DNA from: Pocillopora damicornis
Taxonomy: Eukaryota
Reading direction: 5' to 3'
DNA length: 64,000 nt
Assembly: GCF_003704095.1 (NCBI RefSeq)
Contig: NW_020844495.1
Location: forward strand, 124,001 to 188,000
Both the position numbers and the translations under genes were made by a program. Shown piece by piece: positions 26,935 to 39,600 of the stretch (position 1 is the stretch's first letter; each line of letters begins with the position of its first letter). The notes beneath the pieces were generated by a model that worked only from the letters and a program-made list of their open reading frames with translations, had not been told where the DNA came from and did no database searches.

Positions 26935-27425
26935 CTACCAGCTCCAATAAGGATTGCTAGGAGGAATGTATGATGAACTTACTGCAGGAAAATGATAGAA
27001 GTCTGAAGGATCGTGCCGTAAATATCCAAAATTATTGACCGAAGCGCCATGACAAGGCTGGCCATCTCGCACTAAGACAGGCACAGGAACAGTTCTTGGG
27101 GTGAACAATGGAGGTCCTTCATTCATAACTCCTTTTTCAAAACTCTGTTTCTTGTATTTATATCGATGATTCTGAAACCAAATTTTCACCTGCGTCGGGC
27201 TTAAATTGATTATTCTCGCGAGCTGTTCGCGCTCCGGCGCGGAGAGGTACCTTTGTTGACGAAACCTTCTTTCGAGTTCATAAGTTTGCGCCTTGGTGAA
27301 CAGAACTCTTCGTTTCCGCTTTTTTGGCGGATCGTTCAAGTCATCTGGCGTTTCCTCTCGCTCAGATATTTCTTGGGAGCCCGCTGAGGATGTCGAAGGC
27401 CTTTCTGTCGGGCTCGGATGTGGAT
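26935..27425 (-). CDS. Nkx2.2: NK2 gene B, coding exon 2 (most canonical Nkx2.2-like paralog); ~232 aa spliced
   Basis: Acceptor tttttgtttttccgccgtaacag|AT; [34 protein letters not shown]...WFQNHRYK; NK2-[18 protein letters not shown]; ends YWSW. Confidence 0.95.
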
Positions 27426-27874
27426 CTGTTACGGCGGAAAAACAAAAAATTTCATTAATGTTTCGCCTATGTAACGATATCTACGACACAACTAAAGAGC
27501 TGCGAAGTTGTAAGAAATTAGGTGAACTGTAAGCCACAGTAATTAGCCTGTTGTCCCTTACACGAGGCACATAAAGAAAACAACCTTCAAAACTAGAAGC
27601 AATATGGCATTCACTCAATTAAAATTTGAAACTGCAGTCATCTTTCAGTCGTGCTTGCAATTGCCTCGTAAAACGCGTCATTGTATGTTTTCCGGAAAAG
27701 AAATTCGGTTGTATGCGAAAAATCCGTCGCGTCGCGCGTAGTTTACAGAAGAAACAAAATAAACTCTTTCGAGAACTTCGGCGAGATTTTTACCATCTAT
27801 CGAGTTTAGCACTTCATAAATACCGGCGTTTACTTTTCGCTCGATCAAAGATACAAAATCAAGTTCATTCTTAC

Positions 27875-28082
27875 TTGTATATGAGTACTCTTGGCCTTGA
27901 TTACACACTACAGAGCCACATGACGGAGTATGAGTGTTTCCGCCAGGGCAATGATAACTCTCGGTTGAGGACGATTCATGGGTTGTTTCGCTTTTAGACG
28001 GGCATAGTCCGGTGTCGGGTAAATTAAGAATGTCTCTGACGGAGAACGAAGTCATGTCGTAAGATCGATCGATTGCGGACAT
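27875..28082 (-). CDS. Nkx2.2: NK2 gene B, coding exon 1 (TN motif MTSFSVRDILNL; alternative start at 28055)
   Basis: TN/eh1 motif; donor A|GTAAGA after 27875; 208 nt (phase 1). Confidence 0.88.
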
Positions 28083-28166
28083 GGATTTCAGATGAGTGCC
28101 ATTACAAAGCCAAACACAGTCGCAATTCAGTCATACTCGATCCGAAGCGGTTCGCAGCCAAACTTC

Positions 28167-28386
28167 TTATACTTTGGGGCGTGCCCAGGCTCTCAAGTGT
28201 TGAACAAGATGTTTGACATTAAACAAATGTTGCCCAAATTCGCGTAAGTCGACTTCTATTGATAGGTTAAGGTGGTGACGAAGTTGACATCACAATTAAT
28301 TAGAAAGATAGCAATTGAATGCCCTGTCACACGTAAACCCCTTTCGAATGACAGATTTGCCCTAAAAGGCTTCATCTGACATGTCA
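28167..28386 (-). promoter_or_regulatory. Proximal promoter of gene B: TATA-like, GC/KLF box, NK2 site, six TGACA sites
   Basis: TATAAG near 28167-28172; CACGCCC; TCAAGTG 28193-28199; TGACA/TGTCA at 28214, 28285, 28325, 28349, 28377, 28382. Confidence 0.65.
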
Positions 28387-31300
28387 CGCTGGGCGGGCTG
28401 ACCCGACTGCTTGCTTCCCCCCGCTTAGAACTCAAACAATCATTGCTTTCTCTTGAATGGGTCACTTTATTGGAGTTCTGACGTCCAAAACTAATTTCAA
28501 GACACTTCCTCAACTTGCGACCCATATAAATGTCTCAAGGACTCAGCTCATGTAGCCTTATCCACGCCTCTTCACATTTTGAAATATCGTTGTAATCGAA
28601 GTTGAAAGGTTGAACACCAGCTAATGGTCGATCGGAAGAGAGAACTGTTGGATTAGTGATAAAATCTATAAAAATTTGCACCTTTGCTAATCGCCCCGGC
28701 TTTCCATGTTTTTTCCTTCTTATTTTCGTCTAAACCTATTTACGATATCACGCACACGTTTGAGTGTTTGGAAGGTGTTATATACTATTGTTTTTATTAC
28801 ATATTTTTTATTATAGACTGAATTCTTGAGAAATACCACTTTTTATAAGTGGTTGCTTATTTGCAGTGCGCTGCTCTCTCAAGACTACCGGCTGCTAAGC
28901 TTGTTCAGCAAATGGCTTTCTACATATTGTACGAGGAGCATTTGGACACTGTCAACATTTTAATTACGTGAATGTTCGTTTGATTGTGGGGTTGTAAACG
29001 CTTCGTTAATGAGTCCCAGTTGCATTTTAATATCTTTCCTAAAAAGCCAAATGTTTACGTTGGGTTGGCGCAAACCGTCAGAACTTTCACAAAAGAATTA
29101 AGGAATAAAAAGTTTTCTTTCGTCTTACAATGGGTGCGCTATAAATAAAGCTGGACAGACATTGATATCCGAGCAGTTTTATAATTTTTTTTTTAACAGA
29201 ACGAGTTCGCGTCTTTCCTAAAGTAAATAGCACTAGAGAACACCTGAAAGACAATTCTTAAACCATTTACTTAAAGGACTTATCCGTCCTTGAGCGAAAA
29301 CTGAGTATATTAACTGTGAACTCCACTGAGTAGTAGTTTGCGAAGCGTTTCCGCATTGTCATTGAAACGATGGCATTATAAATGCGATCTTTTGAACAAA
29401 GGGAAAAATTACCGAAGTCCTGTATGAACTACAGTATTTTCCTTATACATGAGAGCACTGGTTGAGGCTTTTCAACAGGAACAGGTATGTTCCAAGAGTT
29501 GTAATTACCACCAGATCTTGGCTTTACGCCGGCCCGGTGAGGGTTTAGCACGCGGCGAGCTGCGTAGGGGTCGAATGGGAAGTCTTGAAACAACATGCGC
29601 CCTGAATAGATTCTCTAACACCCATTTGTTCGACCTCCACCAAAGGCTCGTGCCAATACCTGCTAAGAACCTTCTTAGTACTTAAGATATTGGCTACTTA
29701 ACAGGAAAAGGTTTTTTTTCTTTCAGCCTCCTCGTGTGAAACGAGTCCTCTTCATTGTTTCCTAATGCGTTCAGCTGACTTATTTTTTGGTGTTCATTTA
29801 GTTCCCGATACGTCTCCTTCATCGAATTTAAAAGACGGTTCTTAACGCCTCACTCCTACGTCGGAGAGAGAGAATGAAAAACTAGCGCAAATTTAGGATG
29901 ATCGAACGTTTCACAAGCTCATAAATATTTTACAGTCGGAGAGATGAAGTACAAGGAGGTATTACGTTGCTAAACGTGTTTGCTTAACAACCAACTAACT
30001 CAAACAAACTGTTTGCTCGTGTCACTCGGTGATCGACAGGCAGACCATTATAGCATTAGGGCAAAGATATTCTAATTTAAGCTCTGTGAATATCATGAAT
30101 CAATAGAAAGTTCTACACACAAAAGTGTTCTGTTTTTCGCGTGTTCCGTACAACTGACTGACTGACATTCAAACTCAACAATGCGCGGCTCATAAATAAA
30201 CATTACAACCTAAAACGTCTAATACAGTTCAATTAGGGAGGATTAAAATTTTACGCCTTGAGATAGACTGATTCCTTTATTCTCTGTTCTTATCCTTTTC
30301 TCCCTTTATCGTAAGGAATGAATAATTCCTGTTTTTCCTACAGTAAAAAGCAGTTCAAACGAGAGAGGCGCACAGACAACATGAAAAAGAACGGCGAATT
30401 TTTATTGTCTACCGGCTGAACCATTAGCACCCGTTCCTCCAAACAACCACTAATTAGTGTTAAAAAAATTCGACGGTTTTGCAAAAACCACTCAGTAAAT
30501 GGCTATATCGCAATAAGGCGATCGTATTACACCAAAAGGGCCGCCCACTTGGGCTATGAGAGCGTAGCTTGAAAGCCTTTCAAGAGATCCATTGCGTTTT
30601 ATAAGATGAAAACATCTTCAGATCTCAACAGCGTGTAAAGGCTTTACCCTAACATTAACTCTTGAAACACATCGAGGGCCTTCAAGTGCTGCGTGGTTGA
30701 ATGCATTGCTTCCGTGAATTTGGTTTAACTACAAGATGAAGTAGCGATGCCGTGGGCAACAACAGACTGTACGTTCGAGTGCAAATTTCATAAACAATAC
30801 AATACTTACTTCTTGACTTGCACATTTCATTGAAAGTAATTTTAAGAAACAAATTAGCAAATGACTTAAGAAAAGTGTTACTTTAAAACTCTTTTGCGAG
30901 GAAAAAGACAGCTTTACCTCGAAGGGATAACTATACTACGCTAAAATGGATTAAAATTTATAAAAACCGAACTTGAACCGAGATGCAAATAATATTTTTT
31001 TTCTCTGTCGTATCCAGTAGTCCATATCGTTTTACAGCGGTGAAGCAAATCAATATTTTATGGGGTAGACTTACAAAATTACTTGGATAAAAATTCTTGC
31101 CAAAACCATGTGTTTATGGATGGGATAGTTCAGTAGTTTTGCTTGGACAGTGTTGTGAGAATTCGGGGTAAAAGTAATTCCTCCCAACCGGAGCAAAGTG
31201 TTTAATTTCAAGGAAATTGAAATGGTTTCTTGCCCTGTTTTCAGTCAAAAGGAACAGCTGGTTGTGACCGAAAATATATCGTTAACCAGGTAAAACACAT

Positions 31301-34300
31301 TGTATTCATTAGAACCCGGTGAAGCTTTTTTTGCTGGTGAACTAAACTAGAACTGCCTGGCCGTGAATAATTCCTAGCTTTAGGGTATAAGAAATTTTAT
31401 TCCCAGATGAAGAAACATAGGAAACAACACGACCCAGTGTCTTCAGTGATACACGTTTGATGTGACCTACAAAACAACCGACAAAAATTAGAATTCCTGT
31501 TGATTTTGTCTCAGGAATAAATAGTCTTTTTTTTTTTCTTTTACGTTTTTCAAAAATTAACCTTTCATTGCCTTAGGGAACAATTTTTCTTGATTCGTTC
31601 ACTTTTTACGACAATACAGGTCAAACGGTGTTGGGAACGTAAAAGATAATCCGTTTCGTCGATCGACCCAAATTATGGCCTGTCACGTCAGCTATTTAGA
31701 GTCAAGTAAGAAATGATCACTCATGCCACTTCTCCGTCCCTTTAATTTGAGTAGTTAAAGTGCGTTTCACCAGCCGGAGAAATAATTCAAAACTGCACTA
31801 GATCACGCATATTTTGTTCACTTATTCAACCTTTCCGGAATGAACGGGCGTAATTACAAATTTGACAACGGTCCGAAAATGCCGGATTCGTTATGTACAG
31901 AGAGTCGGTGGTGCGGATGTATTCCTTTCTAAGTTGCATGATTTTAACAATATGAAAGCTGAGGCAAATTGTCACAAAGGATCGTCTCATGAGCAAACAA
32001 CTGAGCGTCCTGTTTCTGATAGTCAAACATCTCCTTGTATCTATTTCATTAGAACCATCTTCATTGCTAAGTGGAGAGACGTTGTGTTTCCGCTCATGTC
32101 ATTTTCAGCCCGGTATAAGAATCCATCAAAGATGCTTGATTCGTGCAAATTTAAAAAGAAACAAACTAGGCGGAGATTAATGAACGGAGTTAAATTCTTG
32201 TTCGTTACATCCCACGGAGAGGCTTGTGATTCCAGTTTTTTTACCACGTGCGAAGAATTACAAATGGAACAAGGTATGTTTTTTTGTGAGGCACACTGTA
32301 CAAAAGGCGTACGAGATTCGGTGCGTGCAGAGTATAAGAATCATCGCGCGTGCATACAAAGCAGAACTAAGCAGTTTACGGTGATGTTTCGTCGAAGCCT
32401 CTTTAGATTTTATAAATATCCCTTGAAAAGTCTAAACTATTGAAGTCACATCGTATGTAAATAAGTACGACTCGTCTTTGGAAAAACAAAGAAAATTTTA
32501 TTTGTACGGGTAACATGTTGTGGTTATTGAAGAGATGGATTGAACCCCCTATCGATCACTCAAAGGAAACTACTCCTAAGTTTTGACTAGCCCTAATAAA
32601 TCGCGTGCACAGAATAACAACTTACCTTTAGAAATTTTAGTCATAACTAAAAGATACTCTCAAAAACTAAGTCTACCCTTGTTAACGATGAATATAATGG
32701 GATCATTTAATGTATTCGCTATGAATTAAAACCTATTCTTTGGCCAATTCTTTAGTTGCCTTGCTGCAATTGTTCAATTTAGACAAAATGTCACATCTGT
32801 CAGTTGATCCAGGGAAAAAGTTTTTTTTTGCATTGTTAGTGAATCCCACACAATGTTTGCTCTCATAGCCTTTCACGTAAATGAAAACAAGCAAACCAGC
32901 ATTGTCGATATATCAAGCGTGATAACTAATGCAAACATTTTGATGCTAGAGTCCCACGAACAAATTACAAGCGAGCTGTGACGTGCAGCCTTACTTAAGA
33001 TTTTAAATGAGAAAATCTCTACCGCGCGTTTCATCAAACAAACTTAATCGATCTATTAAGAAACAAGTCGAAATCTTCACATGGAATCTTTGAAAGTTTA
33101 CCCTCGTGGAATCAGGTTACAGCTCTTGACTAAAGGATTTTCAATTCACGGTTTGTAGTGGAGGAGAAATTGAGACGTATAAAATTTGGTCGCGTAACAC
33201 TTGAAAATCTGTTGAAAGCCTCTCTCGTTGTCATATTAAAAACAGGTATTAAGCCAAAGGATCTCGCCTTCAAGAAAACTAAATGTTTTTTTGGCCATTT
33301 TGCTAGACAAAATAAAAGAATTTTTAAGCACCAACCCGCCAAACTTAACAAAGTAACAAAACTTTGATTACATTTAGTTTCACGCGCTTTTTAACACCGC
33401 CCATCAATTTGAGTTATTACTCCGCGTGTTTGTTTTCATTGTTACGAGATTTATCACCGAAAAATGTTGAATTTTCGCCTTTACAACGATCGAACTCTCC
33501 ACTCTATTTAAATCAATAACCCCTTACATGGACTGACTTGATGAGGTAACAAGGTTGGTCTTCTTACAATTTCTCCTCTCCGTAGCCTAAACAAACCTGG
33601 TACAAACCGTAGCGCCACAAGCGCGAAACTTTTGTGATGCCGTTAAACGTAGTCAATGCAACATAAATCTAAAGCCATAACAAAATCTGTGAAATAATCA
33701 AAATTTCGACGCTTTTTTTTTTTTTTTACGAAAATTTGTTCAAAACAAAAATGTATCCAGTTCTTTAAAGGAATTCCAATAAACCCGTGTGATTTTTCAG
33801 TTGCTTAATTCTTTCATTAGCCATTATAATTCAACGAACACTGGACAATGCACCACCAATGCCACGCGATTTTGTTCATCCTCGATCTAAAGGAATGAAT
33901 CTTGCACAAAGGGGGGTATTTTTAACTATTCTCCTGCGACTAGGCTGGTCATTTTTTGGATGAAATAAAATTGAATGACATAGTTGGTATATACAATGAG
34001 AGAGACGAAGTGAGGGTAGTCATTATAAAGTAACACAATAAACAATTTCCAATGAGATATGATAATAGCCCACAGAGAATCCAATAAAACTTACAGTTTT
34101 CGAGGCCAAATTTCACTTTTCTCCAGCCATTAACTGTAGGGATGAATGTCTTTGTTCAAAATGGAATATGCTCTTTTGAAATCTCCGAATTTGAAGCAAG
34201 AAAAGGGACCGTAACGCTATATATCCATATAAACTTTTGTGAAAGTTTCCATATTTGGTCATTTTGTGTGAAACTATATAGCACATATGTTATAGAAACA

Positions 34301-35091
34301 AAACCTGACAATTTCAAAACATTTTCTAGCAGATTTTCTCTTAATTTCAATTATTGTGCAAAACAGTAGCTCTGCTGGTAAAATAGAGCATGGCTTATTA
34401 TTAATTCATGACAAAAAAAGAGTAAGACAATTCACTCACCCGACGAACTGTATACAAAATTAGTGTGCGAAAACAATTAGATTTTAACATAAATTAGTCC
34501 AATAGAGCGACCATGAATAAGTCAGTAAAAAGAATACAACGTTGTACAGAGAATACTTTGCAAGAGAAATAAAAATAATCTGACACATTTAACCCGTGGG
34601 TGGACATATGTTTGAATGGCAAAAAGTTCAAGGTAAAATGTCAACAGTGAAGAATGTTATTCTGTCCTTGGGAGGGCGATCTGCAAAACACTTCTAATTT
34701 CCTGAGATGTTCAAGAGGAGGCAATGTTTACAATGTCACTTCTCTGAAATAAGATATGAGAGCTTTTCGCAGCATATCATGGTGATTGTATCGACGTTCA
34801 ACAAAACTTTGATGTCCTTCACTTGTTAATTCCCAAAGGAGGCCTCATGGTCGCTCTTCTGTCAACGGAAGAGGGAATAATTGAAAAGAAATTGTTTGGG
34901 ATGGCTATACAGGTTTTATGATTTCCAAATCGTGACGGCGTAATAAACGAAACAATGACAACAGAAATGAACGTAAACTTCCTAATCCGCCAATCCAATT
35001 AAAACCTAAATCAACAGTGTGCAATGCCACGGTATAACATGTGTGAAATAAAAGAAAAAGGAAACTTTTCGCGCCTAGAGAATGGTCTTGC

Positions 35092-35262
35092 TGTCACATT
35101 AGGTCCGTTGATGTGACAGGCATCTAGTCATGCCTTCACAGCAATCAGTTGATGTGTCAGTCTTGTCAGGGCGCTTTCTCTTAACAAAACAGCCTGATGA
35201 CATTCAGGGCAATTTGTTTTATTTCAAATGGCCTGTCATTTGTTTGAAGTGAAGCCCCGCCC
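35092..35262 (+). promoter_or_regulatory. Proximal promoter of gene C, collinear with the gene B promoter
   Basis: TGACA/TGTCA at 35092, 35114, 35155, 35164, 35198, 35234; TGAAGTG 35245-35251; GCCCCGCCC 35254-35262. Confidence 0.65.
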
Positions 35263-35371
35263 TATGTTCTAGGACCGGCCTGCCCTGTGCGTGCGACCTG
35301 CTTTTAAATCTTGTTATCTTAGCATCCAACACAATGGGACCCATTTGAGACCGTTTACACGAAACGTGAGG

Positions 35372-35540
35372 ATGGGATCCTTTTCCATAAGAGACATTCT
35401 TAATCTTCCAGAGGACAGAATCCGATCATTGAATTCCAAGAGCGAAGAACAGATGTCATTTCAAGACAGGAGCTACCCTCCACAGACGTTGTCCAGTCCA
35501 GACGAGCCAGAGGCAAACGCGCCAGAAACGGCCAAGTCAA
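35372..35540 (+). CDS. Nkx2.2: NK2 gene C, coding exon 1 (TN motif MGSFSIRDILNL)
   Basis: ATG at 35372; donor A|GTATGA at 35541; 169 nt (phase 1). Confidence 0.88.
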
Positions 35541-36216
35541 GTATGAATTATTTTAGTGTTCATGAAAATTTTTTTATGGTAGATATAAGGGCGCCGTATT
35601 CAAAAATATTATTAAAAGAGTCGAGTACAACGCAGGAGATAAGCCGACTTTCTTGAGAGTTTATTATGAAAGATAGCGGGCGAGGATTTTCTTCATTAGA
35701 GTTAAGAATAGCGAGGCCTTCAAACTTCATCATATCTGAGAAATCTCGCAGTTGCCCTACTTAACTGTCAAGCTGTATATTGTGCATCACAGAAGCGTAT
35801 AACATACAGTAGCGACTATCTGAGGTTGTTCAGCATTGTGGCGAATAGCGCATCGTTTCTACCACCACTTATATCCTCAATAGAAACGGAAAAAGCTTCA
35901 AGTGATTAATTCTGCTATGGTGCGAAAAATATGTCAAGAAATTGTCAACCTTTTGAGTTTGCGAGCCGGTTCTGTTTCGACCGGCTGTGTTCAAAAACTC
36001 TTATTCTGTCTTTGTTAGCGTGATTAAACTTCGATGATTTGAGGTTGTTTGACTTCAAGGACTTTTAAATGAGCAAATTCAGCGTTTCAATCTTGAGATA
36101 AGGTGAATAGAGGCAATCCAGAATAGATTATTCAGGCTTCATAATGTAACTGGTAGTCTGTTGAAAATCGCATCGAAGGGACTCTAACTTGAACAACTTT
36201 CATTTCATATTCACAG

Positions 36217-36656
36217 GCGGCCAACAAACAAGCGTCTCGCAGTTTGACTCCGTCAAAAAGGATCATTCCGACAAAGACTTGAAGAAACGCAAACGGCGAG
36301 TGTTGTTCACGAAAGCGCAAACTTTTGTCTTGGAAAGAAGATTTCAACAGCAGAGATACTTATCTGCGCCCGAACGAGAGGAATTGGCGAGAATCGTAAA
36401 TCTTACACCAGCCCAAGTGAAAATTTGGTTTCAGAATCACAGATACAAATATCGTAAGCAGATTAGCGAACGAGGACCTTGGGACAAACCGTACTCTCCG
36501 CTTTCACAAGGAGCGTTGCTAAATGGTTCTGGACAATTCTGCAGTTGTGTTAGTCCTTCGTGTAACTATCTAAGCGGGTCGCCATACCAAGGCGACTACT
36601 TGCACTATCCTCCCTCCGTAAACTCTTCCTACATACAACCTACAACTTATTGGTAA
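36217..36656 (+). CDS. Nkx2.2: NK2 gene C, coding exon 2 (homeodomain; NK2-SD decayed); ~202 aa spliced
   Basis: Acceptor catttcatattcacag|GC; [34 protein letters not shown]...WFQNHRYK; C-terminus alignable to gene B. Confidence 0.94.
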
Positions 36657-39600
36657 AAAATTCACATTGCTCCCAAAAAATGCGCCCGCTGTTGTGAACA
36701 AATCGTTGTCAAATTTTAAGAAAACGCAGCACGGAGTTGAGATTATTTATCGAAAAAGTCAGTCTGTTTTACAAGTAATGGGAGCAAATGTTCACTGAAT
36801 GTATAGCGTTTGTCAAAAATAGGTTTAAGAAATGCAATGTTCAGTTTAGGAGGCAAGAGAATAAGGCTTGTATAAAGGTACCGAAATAAAGCTGTGGAAA
36901 GCTTGCAAATACTTTCTGAAAAGAGTATGCATGCCGTAAATTGTATGCTTGCTAAGGCAAAACCGAGACTCGATCTTGGTTATTTGCTCAGTAGAAATCG
37001 CGTGTATTTACCAGCATAGAAATAACAGAGAGAGGGATTTTAAAGCTAGTAAAAACTCTATTGTAAATAGTCTCGTACTAAGTGTGTAAGGTGATTATGT
37101 GGTGTGTTGTACTGCTTGGAGAAGAAAATCGGTGCTGTTTCATGCAGATAAAACAATGTACAGGAAATATCAACTGTGTGCGTTGGACATTTTTTTTGTG
37201 TATTCAACTGTCCTTCTGATTTTTTATATGGGATACTTAAACCGTCAGCAATTTTTCACGATCAAAAGTAATACCAGTCCCGTATAAATCAGCTTGGATT
37301 CAAAATTCTATAAGATGAGGTAAATAGTGATATTGATTGATCTTTCGTTTAAAACTATACAGTGATTTATGAGTTTTTTTAATCGGATTTCGATGTTTTG
37401 TCTAGCGTGTTATTTCCTTCACGGCACTTGTTTAAATGTCCATTCTAAGACCCAGTATGAAAGAAGTACTCTAGAAGGTTCAAAAAACAGTAGCAGGTAA
37501 CAGTTTTTTAGATTACCATGATCTTGTGTCATTTAATAGGAAAATCGAACGAGTTGTTTAATCTTTAGCGCGTGCTATAAGCCAATATCAAGCAAAGCAT
37601 TCCAGTCAGTTTATAAATCTCGTCTAAGATTCGCCGTGATTGTTTTCAAGAGGCTACAATTTGCTTTGGAAAGCTAGATTTCAGTGTTTTTCCACTTCAA
37701 TTCAGTTCAGTAGCGATCATATTTCTTTTGTAGTTAAATATTTAAACAGTTTCGTTGGACCATAGCATCAATATTGAAACTAAAAGATTAGAGTCGGCAA
37801 TCGACAAAAATAACAAAAAATGTTTTTCTTTTAGTGTGGTATAAGTTACAGAAACAAAACAGAACTAGACCACGAACGAGATAAACCAAGCATCTTTGTT
37901 CCTTTATGGTTTAATGTCGCTGCTTTATTCTTTGAAATTACATTTAAAAAAATGCAAAACTGAGGGTTGTGATTGTGGGACAGTTTCGATCTCCCACTCA
38001 AAGCGCGTTTTGTTTGCTCAAACGGTGAATTTGGTGAAAAACGGAAATTAACCCGTAGAGTCCGAGAGAAAACAGCTCAGTCATGGATCCCGTCTCTGTT
38101 AAGCGTCTTGGCCAGATTCATCGATGACTTACGCTCGCTACACATTCTATTCGGGATAGATGAACTTAACATCTGCAATACAAGCGAAAATCACAACAGT
38201 ATCATGTCTTTTTTGGCTGTAGAAACAATAGTAACTTGAAGAACTCAGATCTGATGCGAACATTTATATGCCCCGTTACAAAGCCCTTTTCAATTTTGAC
38301 AATTCTAGTGTACGAGGGTAGTGCGCTTATTTTGACAACGTGGTTACGATGGGTGCGTCTCAGGTCTTAAGCTTTCTCAGGGACGACAACAATAGATTTT
38401 GGATATATCGTTTCCTATAAGACTGAAGATGTTTAATATTTTACGCCTGTACATGTGGATAAGTAAAAGTTTTATTGTTGCTTGTTTAAGGATTAGCTGT
38501 ATTTACTATAAAGGTAATAAAAGGTTTTTATTTAGACTTTAAATTTCCTATGCTGCAAGCGATGCAGGAAGTTTGCTAAAAAGTGTGATTTCATTGCTAC
38601 GTAAAATTAGACTTGCTAACAAATTTCGCCTCTGTTCACTTTATTTTAGCATTTAATTAGTGCATCGCACTTTAACACGAAAAAAATGACGCTTCGGGCT
38701 CAGGCAACACAGAATTTAATTGGAAATATTTCTGACAACGGAAGCGCATTTCCGAATGGACGGCTGCGAATTTCTGGGTGGGAAATTCGCGGTCATAAAG
38801 CTATTTTTGACACGATTTCTTTACAATGAAAAGGAAACGGAGTCTTTTTTGGACAATTGCGACCGGGTTAGTTTTGTGAATACTTTTCTTTTTCTTTATG
38901 ACTGTCAGCACAGAATTAAAAAGACATCATTAACTGTGATTTCATGTCATAGCTCAGTGACATTTCAAAGTTATTGGCTAAATAAAGCCAAGGAAATAAC
39001 TGATCAAACAGCCTCGCATCACGCTCTCAGTCAATCCTTAAAGAAGAGCACTTGAAATTTTTAATTTTTCGCGAAATCAAAACACCTCTAAATTCTGAAT
39101 TGATTGATCTCTGAAATCGAGAACCAATTTTGCGGCGGGAAAATGAACTTGTTTTATGATTGAGAGGTTCTTGGTTACAAAAGGGATAAAAAACCCACTG
39201 TTTGTTTATTGAGGCAGCTTTGTGTGTTCAACAATAGTTTAATAACACTAACTTTAATTAAAAATGGCCGTTTACTGTTTAAAAATGTTTGATTACTAAA
39301 CCGTGCTGTTGATTCAAGGTTTTGTCTCTTTTATCTTTGTCATTTCAGGTGCGGCAGCGAATTTCTTTAAAAGAAAACTTATTGGTTCATGTATGATTTT
39401 TTTTTTGGAAACACAACTTATTTGACTGAAAATTTTGACTGGCGAGACATGGTTGGTCAGGCGGCAACACATTATTCAAACACAAGGATGCAAAGAAAGC
39501 TTTTTTTTCACTGTCTGATTTGGCTTAAATTTTTGTATAAACTTGAGCTGACATTTCCTAAACTTATCTTCGTATTTCCTCAATAACGCAGTTTACACAG

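Noticed and set aside
27678-27874. C-terminal parts of the exon-1 ORFs (also 35541-35656, 50021-50112, 62092-62156)
   Set aside because: They lie beyond phase-1 splice donors and are intronic
31862-32443. 193-aa ORF between genes B and C
   Set aside because: Non-ATG start, no recognisable domain or splice context; consistent with a chance ORF
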